From NCBI RefSeq assembly GCF_046119375.1, contig NW_027362769.1:174034001-174098000 (forward strand): 64,000 nt of DNA. The letters run 5' to 3'. The notes under the pieces were generated by a model. It was not told the DNA's origin, searched no databases, and saw nothing but the letters and a program-made list of their open reading frames with translations. The position numbers and the translations under genes were made by a program. Each line of letters begins with the position of its first letter. Within the stretch, counting starts at the first letter, position 1. Positions 29,721 through 41,000 of the stretch are shown piece by piece. Origin of the DNA: Phyllobates terribilis (Eukaryota).

Positions 29721-31893
29721 CAGAGGGGAAAATAAGTATTTGATACACTGCCGATTTTGCAATTTTTCCCACCTACAAAGAATGGAGAGATCTGTAATTT
29801 TTATCGCAGTGTCACGCAAGGTGTGTGAAAGACTAAGTGCAACAGAAAGGGAAGGGGGGAAGGGAGCCCAGACTCTAGGGAAAGGGGGGGGTGAGTGGAC
29901 ACCTCCTAGGCTGATCTGATATCACCCTGTCTCCACTAATGTCCCTATATTGGTTCCTCACTAATCGCCGCACGCGAACCTAAACCCTGTATTTCCCTAG
30001 CGCTTGGCCCTGGATAGGGAAGGGGGGATGAGCACTAGTCAGTCCCCACTAACAACTAAAGACAACAAGGGGCACAAACAAGGGGGAAAGTAGCTTAGCT
30101 TTAGCCGACTTCAGAGAGATAACTCCAAGCGTCCTTCTAGCACCACAGAGGAAGATAGTATTCTGAGAGCTCCAAGCATTCACAAGGAAACATGTGAGTA
30201 TCACCGGCACCTCCCTGCTGCAAAGTGAAACTAAACACCCAGGCCAGGGTGTCAATTAGCAGGAAGGAAGTAGCCGATGGGTCCTAGAGTAAAACAGCTA
30301 GGAAGGTGTCTGTAATGCCAAACGAAGAGATCTTCTGCAACCAACTGCAGGGCGACTGTCTGTCACATCTGAGACACCCGTGACACGTAGGTACACTTCA
30401 ACTGTGAGAGACAGAATCTAAAAAAAATCCAGAAAATCCAATTGTATGATTTTTACATAATTAACTTGCATGTTATTGTATAAAATAAGTAATTGATACA
30501 ATAGAAAAACAGAACTTAATATTTTTTCCAGAAACCTTTGTTACAATTCCAGAGGTCAGACGTTTCCTGTAGTTCTTGACCAGGTTTGCACACACTGCAG
30601 CAGGGATTTTGGCCCCCTCCTCCATAAAGATCTCCTGATCTTTCAGGTTTCTGGGCTGTCACTGGGTAACATTGTGTTTCAGCTCCCTCCAAAGATTTTC
30701 TATTGGGTTCAGGTCTGGAGACTGGCTAGGACACTCCAGGACCTTGAAATGCTTCTTACGGAGCCACTCCTTAGCTGCCCTGGCTGTGTGTTTCAGGTCA
30801 TTGTCATGCTGGAAGCCCCAGCCACGACCCATCTTCAATGCTGTGACTGAGGGAAGGAGGTTGTTGGCCAAAATCCCTCGATACATGACCCCATCCATCC
30901 TCCCTTCAATGCGGTGCAGTCCTGTCACCTTTGCAGAAAGGCACCCGCAAAGTATGATATTTCCTCCACTATGCTTCACGGTTGAGATGGTGTTCTTGGG
31001 GTTGTACTCCACTTTCATCTTCCTCCAAATACGGTAAGTGGAGTTGAAACAAAAAATTTATATTTTGATCTCATCTGACCACATGACCTTCTCCCATGCC
31101 TCCTATGGATCATCCAGATGATCATTGACGAACTTCAAACGGGCCTGGACATGTGCTGGCGTGAGCAGGGGGACCTTGCGTGCCCTGCAGGATTTTAATC
31201 CATCACAGTGTAGTATGTTACTAACCGTAATGTTTGAGACTGTGGTCCCAGCTCTCTTCACGTCATTGACCAGGTCCTCCCGTGTAGTTCTGGGCTGATT
31301 CCTGACCTTTTCCAGAATCATCTTTACCCTGCGAGGCGAGATCTTGCCTGGACCCCCAGACCGAGGAAGATTGACAGTCATCTTGTGTTTCTTCCATTTT
31401 CTAATAATTGTGCCAACAGTTGTTGTCTTCTCACCAAGCTGCTGCCTATTGTCCTGCAGCCCATCCCAGCCTTGTGCATGTCTACAATTTTGTCCCTGGT
31501 GTCCTTAAACAGCTCTTTGGTCTTGGCCATGGTGGAGAGGTTGGAGTGTGATTGAGTGTGTGGACAGGTGTCTTTTATACAGGTAACGAGTTCAAACAGG
31601 TGCAATTAATACAGGTAATGAGTGCAGAGTAGGAGGACTTCTTAAAGAAAAACTAACAGGTCTGTGAAATCCAGAATTCTTGTTGGTTGGTCGGTGATCA
31701 AATACTTATTTCATGCAATAAAATGCAAATTAATTATGTAAAAATCATACAATGTGATTTTCTGGATTTTATTATTAGATTCTGTCTCTCACAGATGAAG
31801 TGACCTACGATAAAAGTTACAGATCTCTCCATTCTTTGTAGGTGGGAAAACTTGTAAAATCGTCAGAGTATCAGATACTTATTTTTCCCACTG
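29721..31893 (-). mobile_element. Decayed Tc1 (DD34E) transposon just downstream of CYP27A1, interrupted by a solo LTR
   Basis: TA flanks; TIRs CAGAGGGGAAAATAAGTATTTGATAC and its reverse complement; ORF pieces 31378-31605, 31103-31381, 30659-31018 ([13 protein letters not shown]). Confidence 0.92.
29810..30385. mobile_element. Solo LTR (576 bp) in the left TIR of the Tc1 element
   Basis: 7-bp inverted termini TGTCACG...CGTGACA; flanks CGCAG and CGTAG form a 5-bp TSD. The intact right TIR shows the target was CGTAG. Confidence 0.85.
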
Positions 31894-32004
31894 TATATAC
31901 ACATAATATATAAGTCATCTGTGTAAGCCCCAGACATGTACGGCACAGTGATGTCACAGGCTCAAGAGCCATTATCAAAGGGTGTTTGCGCTGATACTGG
32001 TTGT

Positions 32005-32669
32005 TTAAAGAGTAACTGACATATAAAGTTTTATTTCATAATAATCATTAATACGCATTAAAATAAGTAACTTTGTAATAGATCTTGTAAGAAAATCCCA
32101 CTTCTTTCTCCTCCTGGACTGAGCCTCCATTCTAAAGATTCCAAATCTAAAATCTGTCTTCACTGAGTATAGACTTTCCCATTACTGAGATAGGATGTGA
32201 CCATTGGTGCTCATAAGATTCTATGAGGAGGGCGGAGCTAGAGGCAGACACAGAAAGAGAGGGAGGAGCTAGAGGCAAAGAGACATACAGATAGGGAGGA
32301 GCTAGAGGCAGATACATATAGAGAGGGAGGAGCTAGAGGCAGACAGAGGGGGAGGAGCTAAAGGCAGATACATACAGAGAGGGAGGAGCTAGAGGCTGAT
32401 ACATACAGAGAGGGTGCAGCTAGTTTGATACAGACATTCTGCTGCAAATTCTCCATAGAACTTTCTGAGCACCAACTGTCATCTCCTACTTCAGTAATGA
32501 GAAAATCAATATTCACTGCAGAGTTTACCAGTGCATTGAGTTATCAATTTATCAGTCCACGGGGAGAAAGAAGCGGATTACTCTAAGATATATTATAACG
32601 TTTCTTATTTTCATGTGTATTATTGATTATGGTGAAAAAAAAAAAAATTAAACTGTGGTTACTCTTTAA
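32005..32669. mobile_element. TTAA-targeting MITE (T2/Kolobok-like) with an internal ~31-bp GGGAGGAGCTAGAGGCAGA repeat
   Basis: TTAA-AGAGTAAC ... GTTACTCT-TTAA termini and extended subterminal inverted similarity; internal repeat about 32225-32420. Confidence 0.7.
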
Positions 32670-33088
32670 CCCTTTATGTCCCTTCTAGACAGTACGGGGA
32701 GCACTTGGTGAGAATTCCTCATGGGACGGGGGATTGTGGTGTATAATAAAAAAAAAATGACATTATGGTAATGTGAGATGGGAGAAAAAGCTATGTAAAT
32801 ACTTTTATGCCCAAAAGACCCCAAACGATTCTTCTGGGACTAGTAGATGTTACATTTATAAATTAATTAATTAATAAATATTAATATATATATGAAAAAT
32901 GTGTTTTGAAGTATAAAAAAAAACAAGCAAAATAAAGAAGAAAGAAAAAAGAATATAAACACAGATGAGTCTGCGGCGCGGCCATATGAGGGATATTTCT
33001 GCCTTCGTCATACACAGGATGGTGCGAGCGGCTGTAATGAAGAAGGAGATAAATGACCCCATTGCCCCAGAGAGGAGGCAGTACGGCA

Positions 33089-33167
33089 CTGGAGGGCGGC
33101 GGGAGCTGGAGGGCGGCGGGCGCTGGAGGGCGACGGGCGCTGGAGGGCGGCGGGCGTTGGAGGGCGG
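33089..33167. repeat. 17-bp GC-rich tandem repeat (CTGGAGGGCGGCGGGCG) x5 containing GC boxes
   Basis: Units at 33089, 33106, 33123, 33140, 33157; GGGCGG is present in four of them. Confidence 0.85.
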
Positions 33168-33445
33168 CTGCCATGTTCTCAATAACTTCAGCTTTTGCTG
33201 GAGAGATGATTTTCATTCACTCCAGCCGCGCCCCACAGACCCCCAATGCTACGCGACACAGAGACGCCATTCTGTACTGTATGTACACAGCTTTATCACT
33301 CATGACAATTGACAACAGTCAAAGATGGCGTGGGGAGGGATGCTGGTGGTAGTAGTGCCATGACAGCATGGTGGTGGTAGTGTGATAGCATTGGCAGTGA
33401 GATGATAATGGAGGGATGATGGTGGTAAAGACATTAGATGATGGC

Positions 33446-34023
33446 GTTGCTAAGGTAATAGTGTTGCTAGGGTGCTGATGTTATTAGGGTGATGATAGTG
33501 TGATAGCATTGCTAAGGTTACTAAGCTGATGGTCCTGGTAAGAGGATGGTGTTGCTAGGGTGATGGTGTTACTAGGAGCGTGGCATTGCTATGGTGATAA
33601 GGTTGATAAGGTGATGGTGTTGGTAGGAGCATGGTGTTCCTAGGGTGATGGTGCTGGTAGGGTGATGGCGTTGCTAGGGTGATGGTGCTGGTAGGGTGAT
33701 GGCGTTGCTAGGGTGATGGTGTTAGTAGGAGCATGGTGTTGCTAGGGTGATGGCATTGGTAGGAACATAATGTTGCTAGGGTGATGGCGTTGCTATGGTG
33801 ATAGCGTTAGTAGGAGCATGGTGTTGCCAGGGAGATGGTATTGCTAAGTTGATGGTGTTACTAGGGTGACGACATTAGCAAGAGCATAGTGTTACTAGGG
33901 TGATGGTGTTGCTACGGTGATAGTGTTGCTAGGATGATAGTGTTGCTAGGGTGATGGTGTTGCTAGGGTGATAGCCTTGCTAGGGTGATGGTGTTGCTAT
34001 GGTGATAGTGTTGCTAGGGTGAT
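33446..34023. repeat. 17-bp tandem repeat GGTGTTGCTAGGGTGAT; each unit resembles an RFX X-box
   Basis: 28 units in exact 17-bp register from 33551 to 34023, plus degenerate units from 33446. The repeat is certain; the regulatory role is inferred. Confidence 0.9.
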
Positions 34024-34437
34024 GGCGGTGGCGGTGGTAGCAGGATGGCGTCGTTGTGGGGCTGCTCCGCAGGATCTGGACTTCTGTTCTCTAGCACACT
34101 GTCCTAGTCTTTCTGCAGACTTTCATTGCAGGTTAACCCTTTGCAGTGCATGGAGTGAGATCAGCAGCTAATAGATCCGCAGCTTACTTCCAGCCTCATC
34201 ATATCCGCTGCCTTGATGTTCACTTCCTGCACGTTATCTGGTGCCGCAGCTCTGCCGCACTGTGAGGACAAATTACCCCACTCTGCGCAAAAGTCTAATC
34301 ATGGGCAGGAAGGGGTTAAAGCAAGAATGTTTCCATTGCAGTTCTGACTCTCACCATAAGATGGCGGCGCTGCACAGACACTGACAGACCCAGAGCATTG
34401 TGGATATGGAGACGGATCTGGTTGCCAAGGAGCGGAC

Positions 34438-34596
34438 GCAGCCGGAGTACAGGAGGCCCCCGCAGCCGGAGTACAGGAGGCCCCCGCAGCCGGAGTACAG
34501 GAGGCCCCCGCAGCCGGAGTACAGGAGGCCCCCGCAGCCGGAGTACAGGAGGCCCCCACAGCCGGAGTACAGGAGGCCCCCGCAGCCAGAGCAGAG
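34438..34596. repeat. 24-bp tandem repeat GCAGCCGGAGTACAGGAGGCCCCC, 6 full units plus a partial one
   Basis: Units at 34438, 34462, 34486, 34510, 34534, 34558, 34582. Confidence 0.92.
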
Positions 34597-34929
34597 GACA
34601 CCGCGGAGGTGAGGCTGTGTGCACACCAGGAGCAGCAGAGGTAAAGCTGCGCCATGTGCAACATATGGAGGAAAGTATGTGCCCCCTGTGCGGCCGCTCA
34701 TGTTCTCCCCCCATGTCTGTATGGAGCTTGTGCACCATCATGGGGGGCAGATAAGGGTCTTCCCCAAACTGTTCCCACAAAGCTGAAGCTACAATTGTCC
34801 TCAATGTCTTGTGTTAAAGATTAAGAATTGCCATCACTGGAGCTGATCCGCCATAGCACTATCCTCCTCCACCATCTGTACAGGGGCACAATGCAGTCAG
34901 GGGGTAACATCCTCCTGGAATCACCAAAC

Positions 34930-35280
34930 CTAGACCCCTCCATCAGACGCAGATAGAGAAGTGCGATCCGTCACTGCACAGAACACGTCTCCTCCAGTCC
35001 AGTGTTGGCGGCTTTACACCACTCCATCCGACGCTCAGCATTGTGCTTGGTGATGTACGGCTGCATGCAGCTGCTCGGCCATGAAGCTCCCGGCGGGGGC
35101 GCAGTGTTTGTGCTGATACCAGAGGAGGTCTGGACTCTGCAGTTATGGGGTAAGCAGAGCGGTGGGGACTTTTCTGCCTTCTGCTCCTCAGCACTCGGCC
35201 CCCCACTAATGTTACGGGGTCTCCACTTTGTGGCTGAGTTGCTGCGGTTCCTTCCACTTCTCAGTAATATCACTCACAGG
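34930..35280 (-). mobile_element. Highly decayed Tc1 transposase remnant
   Basis: Minus-strand translation QPYITKHNAERRMEWCKA resembles the Tc1 KP.I...NA.RRLEWCKA segment. Confidence 0.5.
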
Positions 35281-35416
35281 TGATGGGGGAAGAATCAGGA
35301 GGAAGAAATGTCATGGACGGACTGTCACCCCGGTGGCTCCTATTACAGGACCGTGCTGTATCAGGGAGCTCCGCACCACCGGCCGCTCTGTCACATGGTA
35401 GTAAAGGCGGCATGTC

Positions 35417-38011
35417 GGGGGGGGTGGATGTTATACACCGGGGGGGCGAGGGGCTGGATGTTATACATCGGGGGTGAGGGGCCAGATGTTATACACTGGG
35501 GGGCGAGGGGCTGGATGTTATACACCGGGGGTGAGGGGACAGATGTTATACACTGGGGGGTGAAGGGACAGATGTTATACACTGGGGGGTGAGGGGACAG
35601 ATGTTATACACTGGGGGGTGAGGGGACAGATGTTATACACTGGGGGGTGAGGGGACAGATGTTATACACAGGGGGGTGAGGGGACAGATGTTATACACAA
35701 GGGGGTGAGGGGAAAGATGTTATACACCGGAGGGTTAGGGGCCAGATGTTATACACTGGGGGCGAGGGGACAGATGTTATACACCGGGGGGGTTAGGGGC
35801 CGGATGTTATACACCAGGGGATAATAATGGGGCCGGAGGTTATACACTGGGGGGCGAGGGGACAGATGTTATACACCGGGGGGCAAGGGGACAGATGTTA
35901 TACACTGGGTGGTGAGGGGACAGATGTTATACACCGGGGGGGGGGGGTGAGGGGACAGACGTTATACACTGGGGGGTGAAGGGACAGATGTTATACACTG
36001 GGGGGTGAAGGGACAGATGTTATACACTGGGGGGTGAAGGGACAGATGTTATACACTGGGTGGTGAGGGGACAGATGTTATACACTGGGGGGTGAAGGGA
36101 CAGATGTTATATACCGGGGGGGTGAGGGGACAGATGTTATATACCGGGGGGGTGAGGGGACAGATGTTATACACCGGGGGGTGAGGGGACAGATGTTATA
36201 TACCGGGGGGGTGAGAGGACAGATGTTATACACTGGGGGGTGAAGGGACAGATGTTATACACTGGGGGGTGAAGGGACAGATGTTATACACTGGGTGGTG
36301 AGGGGACAGATGTTATACACCGGGGGGGTAGGGGCCGGATGTTATACACCAGGGGATAATAATGGGGCCGGAGGTTATACACTGGGGGGCGAGGGGACAG
36401 ATGTTATACACCGGGGGGCGAGGGGACAGATGTTATACACTGGGTGGTGAGGGGACAGATGTTATACACCGGGGGGGGGGGTGAGGGGACAGACGTTATA
36501 CACTGGGGGTGAAGGGACAGATGTTATACACTGGGGGGTGAAGGGACAGATGTTATATACCGGAGGGGTGAGGGGACAGATGTTATACACTGGGTGGTGA
36601 GGGGACAGATGTTATACACCGGGGGGGTGAGGGGACAGATGTTATACACTGGGGGGTGAAGGGACAGATGTTATATACCGGGGTGGTGAAGGGACAGATG
36701 TTATACACCGGGGGGTGAGGGGACAGATGTTATACACCGGGGGGGGTGAGGGGACAGATGTTATACACCGGGGGGGTGAGGGGACAGATGTTATACACTG
36801 GGGGGTGAAGGGACAGATGTTATACACTGGGTGGTGAGGGGACGGATGTTATGCACCAGGGGATAATAATGGGGCCGGAGGTTATACACTGGGGGGCGAG
36901 GGGACAGATGTTATACACCGGGGGGCGAGGGGACAGATGTTATACACTGGGTGGTGAGGGGACAGATGTTATACACCGGGGGGGGTGAGGGGACAGACGT
37001 TATACACTGGGGGTGAAGGGACAGATGTTATACACTGGGGGGTGAAGGGACAGATGTTATACACTGGGTGGTGAGGGGACAGATGTTGTACACCGGGGGG
37101 GTGAGGGGACAGATGTTATACACTGGGGGGTGAAGGGACAGATGTTATATACCGGGGGGGTGAGGGGACAGATGTTATATACCGGGGGGTGAGAGGACAG
37201 ATGTTATACACTGGGGGGGTGAAGGGACAGATGTTATACACTGGGTGGTGAGGGGACAGATGTTATATACCGGGGTGGGGTGAGGGGACAGATGTTATAC
37301 ACTGGGTGGTGAGGGGACAGATGTTATATACCGGGGGGTGAGAGGACAGATGTTATACACTGGGGGGGTGAAGGGACAGATGTTATACACCGGGGGGGTG
37401 AGGGGACAGATGTTATACACTGGGGGGTGAAGGGACAGATGTTATATACCGGGGGGGGTGAGGGGACAGATGTTATACACTGGGTGGTGAGGGGACAGAT
37501 GTTATACACCGGAGGGTTAGGGGCCGGATGTTATACACTGGGGGCGAGGGGACAGATGTTATACACCGGGGGGTTAGGGGCCGGATGTTATACACTGGGG
37601 GCGAGGGGAAAGATGTTATACACCGGAGGGTTAGGGGCCGGATGTTATACACTGGGGGTGAGGGGACAGATGTTATACACCGGGGGGTTAGGGGCCGGAT
37701 GTTATACACCAGGGGATAATAATGGGGCCGGAGGTTATACAGTGGGGGGCAAGGGGACAGATGTTATACACCGGGGGGCGAGGGGACAGATGTTATACAT
37801 TGGGGGGCGAGGGAACAGATGTTATACATTGGGGGGCGAGGGGACAGATGTTATACACTGGGAGTGAGGGGACATGTACACTGGGGGTGAGGGGACAGAT
37901 GTTATTCATCGGGGGGGCGAAGGGACAGATGTTATACACTGGAGGGCGAAGGGACAGATGTTATACACTGGAGGGGTGAGGGGCCGGATGTTACACACTG
38001 GGTGGTGAGGG
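35417..38011. repeat. G-rich ~29-30-bp minisatellite (GGGGGGTGAGGGGACAGATGTTATACACT), left part
   Basis: Directly visible; continues at 42603-44106 beyond the LTR element. Confidence 0.95.
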
Positions 38012-41000
38012 TGTTAAAAGGCTCGGATGCCGCACACAGCACGCAGAGAGTATGGCAGAGGTTTAATTCAAGATTTGGTTTCTCCACGCAGGGAGTGTAA
38101 ATTTAAGTAACACAACAATAAAACAGTAAAATCGGACAATAAACGATTGTGGTTTAACTATAACACGGAAAGGATGAACAATTCGGCACAGTCCCAAAAG
38201 TTCAGGCTGAATAAGAGAAGGTAGATTACTGGAGGCTTGCACTTATCTGTCCTTTAGCGATAACTACGTCCGTCTTCAGACACTCACTCCGGAGGGTGTC
38301 CGTCTTCTGGCGGCAGTGGGCGGTCTCGGGTCTCACCCACTGGGCCCCCAGTCCTTTTGACCACACGACAGCGGTCACGACTCCTTTAAGAGCCGCAGCA
38401 AGCTCCTCCGGCGTACAACAAACTGCGTTAGGATCACTAATCCGTAGGTCACCGTCAGATGTCTGGAAAACTGTGGTGATGCAGGTAACTAACGATCACT
38501 TTCTGTAGGCCCTGTTCAGACCGCACGCCCCTTGTTTTGCGGTAAGCTGTGTCACCCGTTCATCCGTCACCGCAGACAGGTCAGCACGTCTCTATTTCAC
38601 CGAGGACAGAGCAGCACGTCTCTCTCTCGTTGTCGGCAGGTCAGACTGTTTCTCCCCAACTGCCGGTCTGCTCTCCACAACCAACTGTCTCTTTCGCGCG
38701 AGCCCAGACACCTCATTTCCTCTCTTCCGTCCCTCTCCTCTCTCCCCTAGCACTGTCCAGGAAGTCCCCCGTGCACTCTTAATCCCATCCCCTGGCAACA
38801 CTGGGCAGGACCCTGGCAGTTCCGGCGCCGGAGCTCCGCACCTGTCCCTAGGCAAGTCTTCCTTTTTACACTCCCGCTCCCTTTGAGCTCGCCATTCCAC
38901 GGGCAAGAGTTTTTTCACCAGGCGCTCACACTCTCTGACCTCTTGGATGATACGTTGCCAGATGAACTGATCCTGATTGTAGCGGATAGGCGGCACACCA
39001 GCCGTGGATCATTCGGACCGGCTTAACGCAGTTGGAGCGCAGGGTACTTGAGAGTCGCTGGGGTTCCCAACTTCGCCCGGCCCAGACTGACGGAGCGGTG
39101 GGCCCTTCTCTCTCGTGTGGGAAGCTGTGGGCGATGTGAGACTGGGGATCGCAGCCACTATCATCTCTTCCAGGCGTTTCATGGTGCCTATGTTCCTTAA
39201 ACTTCTGCTGCACCAACCTCCGAAGAGTCTGCAACCGGTGCCGATGCTCCCGGACCCAGGTAGATGGGCCCGTCCGGGGCCAGTCCTCCACGGGATCTAG
39301 TTCGAGCTCGGTGATCTCCCTACCCTTTTGTCCGAACAGCAGGGTGTAGGGGGTGAATCCTGTGGCACTATGTACCCGGTTATTATAGACCCACACCAGC
39401 TCGGCCACAAACTCCGGCCATCGTACCTTCCAATATTCTTCCAAGGTTCGAAGCATCTGGATCAAAGTTCTGTTGAAGCGTTCACAGGACCCATTCCCTT
39501 GCGGATGGTAAGGGGTGGTCCTAGACTTCTCGATCTTGTATAGCCGGTGCAGCTCCTCCATCACCCGTCCTTGGAAACAAGCTCATTGATCGGAGTGAAT
39601 TCTCTTCGGACAGCCATAGACCCTGATGAAGTCCCGACAAATAGCCTGGGCAGCAGATTCAGCTGTCTTATCCCTGGTCGGAGTTACCACCGCAAATTTC
39701 GTGAAGTGGTCGGTCATGACCAGGCAATGTCCATACCCGAGATGCGCCGGCCCGATGGTCAGGTAGTCGATCATCAACACCTCTAAGGGCGCAGCCATCA
39801 AAATGGTCTGGACGGGGGCCCGCTGCTCTGGGGTTTTCACCAACTCACAACTCCGGCACTTCTGGCAGACGTTCTCCACTGCAACTCTTAGCTGGGGGTG
39901 GTACACCAGTCTGCAGCCACTGGAAGGTCTTCTCGGGTCCAAAGTGTGCTCCCCACTCGTGTGCTTCCTTGGCCAGTGTCCCGATCACACTCTGGAACCA
40001 CTACTTGCCATGTGGGGCCGAACTCCCGTACCACCTGGACCCGTCTGTACAACAAGCCGTCCTGCAGGCTCAGTCTCTCCCACTGCCGCAGCATCTTCAG
40101 CCCCTCTGGCGTCAGGGTCCCCCTTTCTTCACGGTTAGGGACTTGTTTCAAAGCCACCCACTGTCGCAACCGCGCAATCTCTCCATCCATTTGCTGTATC
40201 CGTACCCACTTGTCCCTGGGCCGCCCCAACACGTGTCCTTCTTTCACTTCCCCGATCTGTCCCGGCGTAGCGGACAACGGGCTGCCAACCCTCCGGAAGC
40301 TGGGCACCTCTTCGGCCTCCAGTTCTTCGTCTCGGTCACGGTCGGGGTCCTCATGGGTCACCCTGAAGAGGGCATCAGCATGCGTGTTTTCAGCCCTAGG
40401 CCGGTAGGTGATCTTATATCGGTACCGAGCCATGCGAGCCACCCATCGTTGTTCCAGGGCTCCCAACTTCACGTTCTCCAGATGAGCCGACGGGTTGTTG
40501 TCTGTCTTCACCAGCACTTCAGACCCCGACAAGTACTCCGCAAACTTTTCTGTCATTGCCCACACTAGGGCCAACAACTCCAGTTTAAAGGAGCTGTAAT
40601 TGTCTGGGTTCTTCTCCGAGTCTCGGAGGGAGCGACTCGCATATGCTATCACCCGCTCTCTCCCCTCCTGCTACTGCGACAGCACGGCCCCTAGACCAAG
40701 GAGACTTCCATCGGTGTGAAGAACGAAGGGCTGAGAAAAGTCCGCGTAGGCCAGTATGGGAGCTTCCATCAGGGCCATCTTCAAGGCCCTGAAGGCCTCC
40801 TGTTCTCTTCCCAATTTCACTGTTCGATTTTTCGAGCCCGCAGGTATCCCTTGAAGGAGCTCCAGTAGCGGATTAGCGATGCGCGTGAAATTTTTCACGA
40901 ATCTGCAGTAATACCCTGCGAGTCCTAGGAAGGCCCGCACGTCCTTTACAGTCTTCGGGGTGTGCCACTCTTCTCGCATTTCTTGGATCTCCCGCCGCAT

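Noticed and set aside
32871-33352. Pro/Gly-rich ORFs of ~100-115 aa on both strands
   Set aside because: Driven by the 17-bp GC repeat; no recognisable homology or exon structure.
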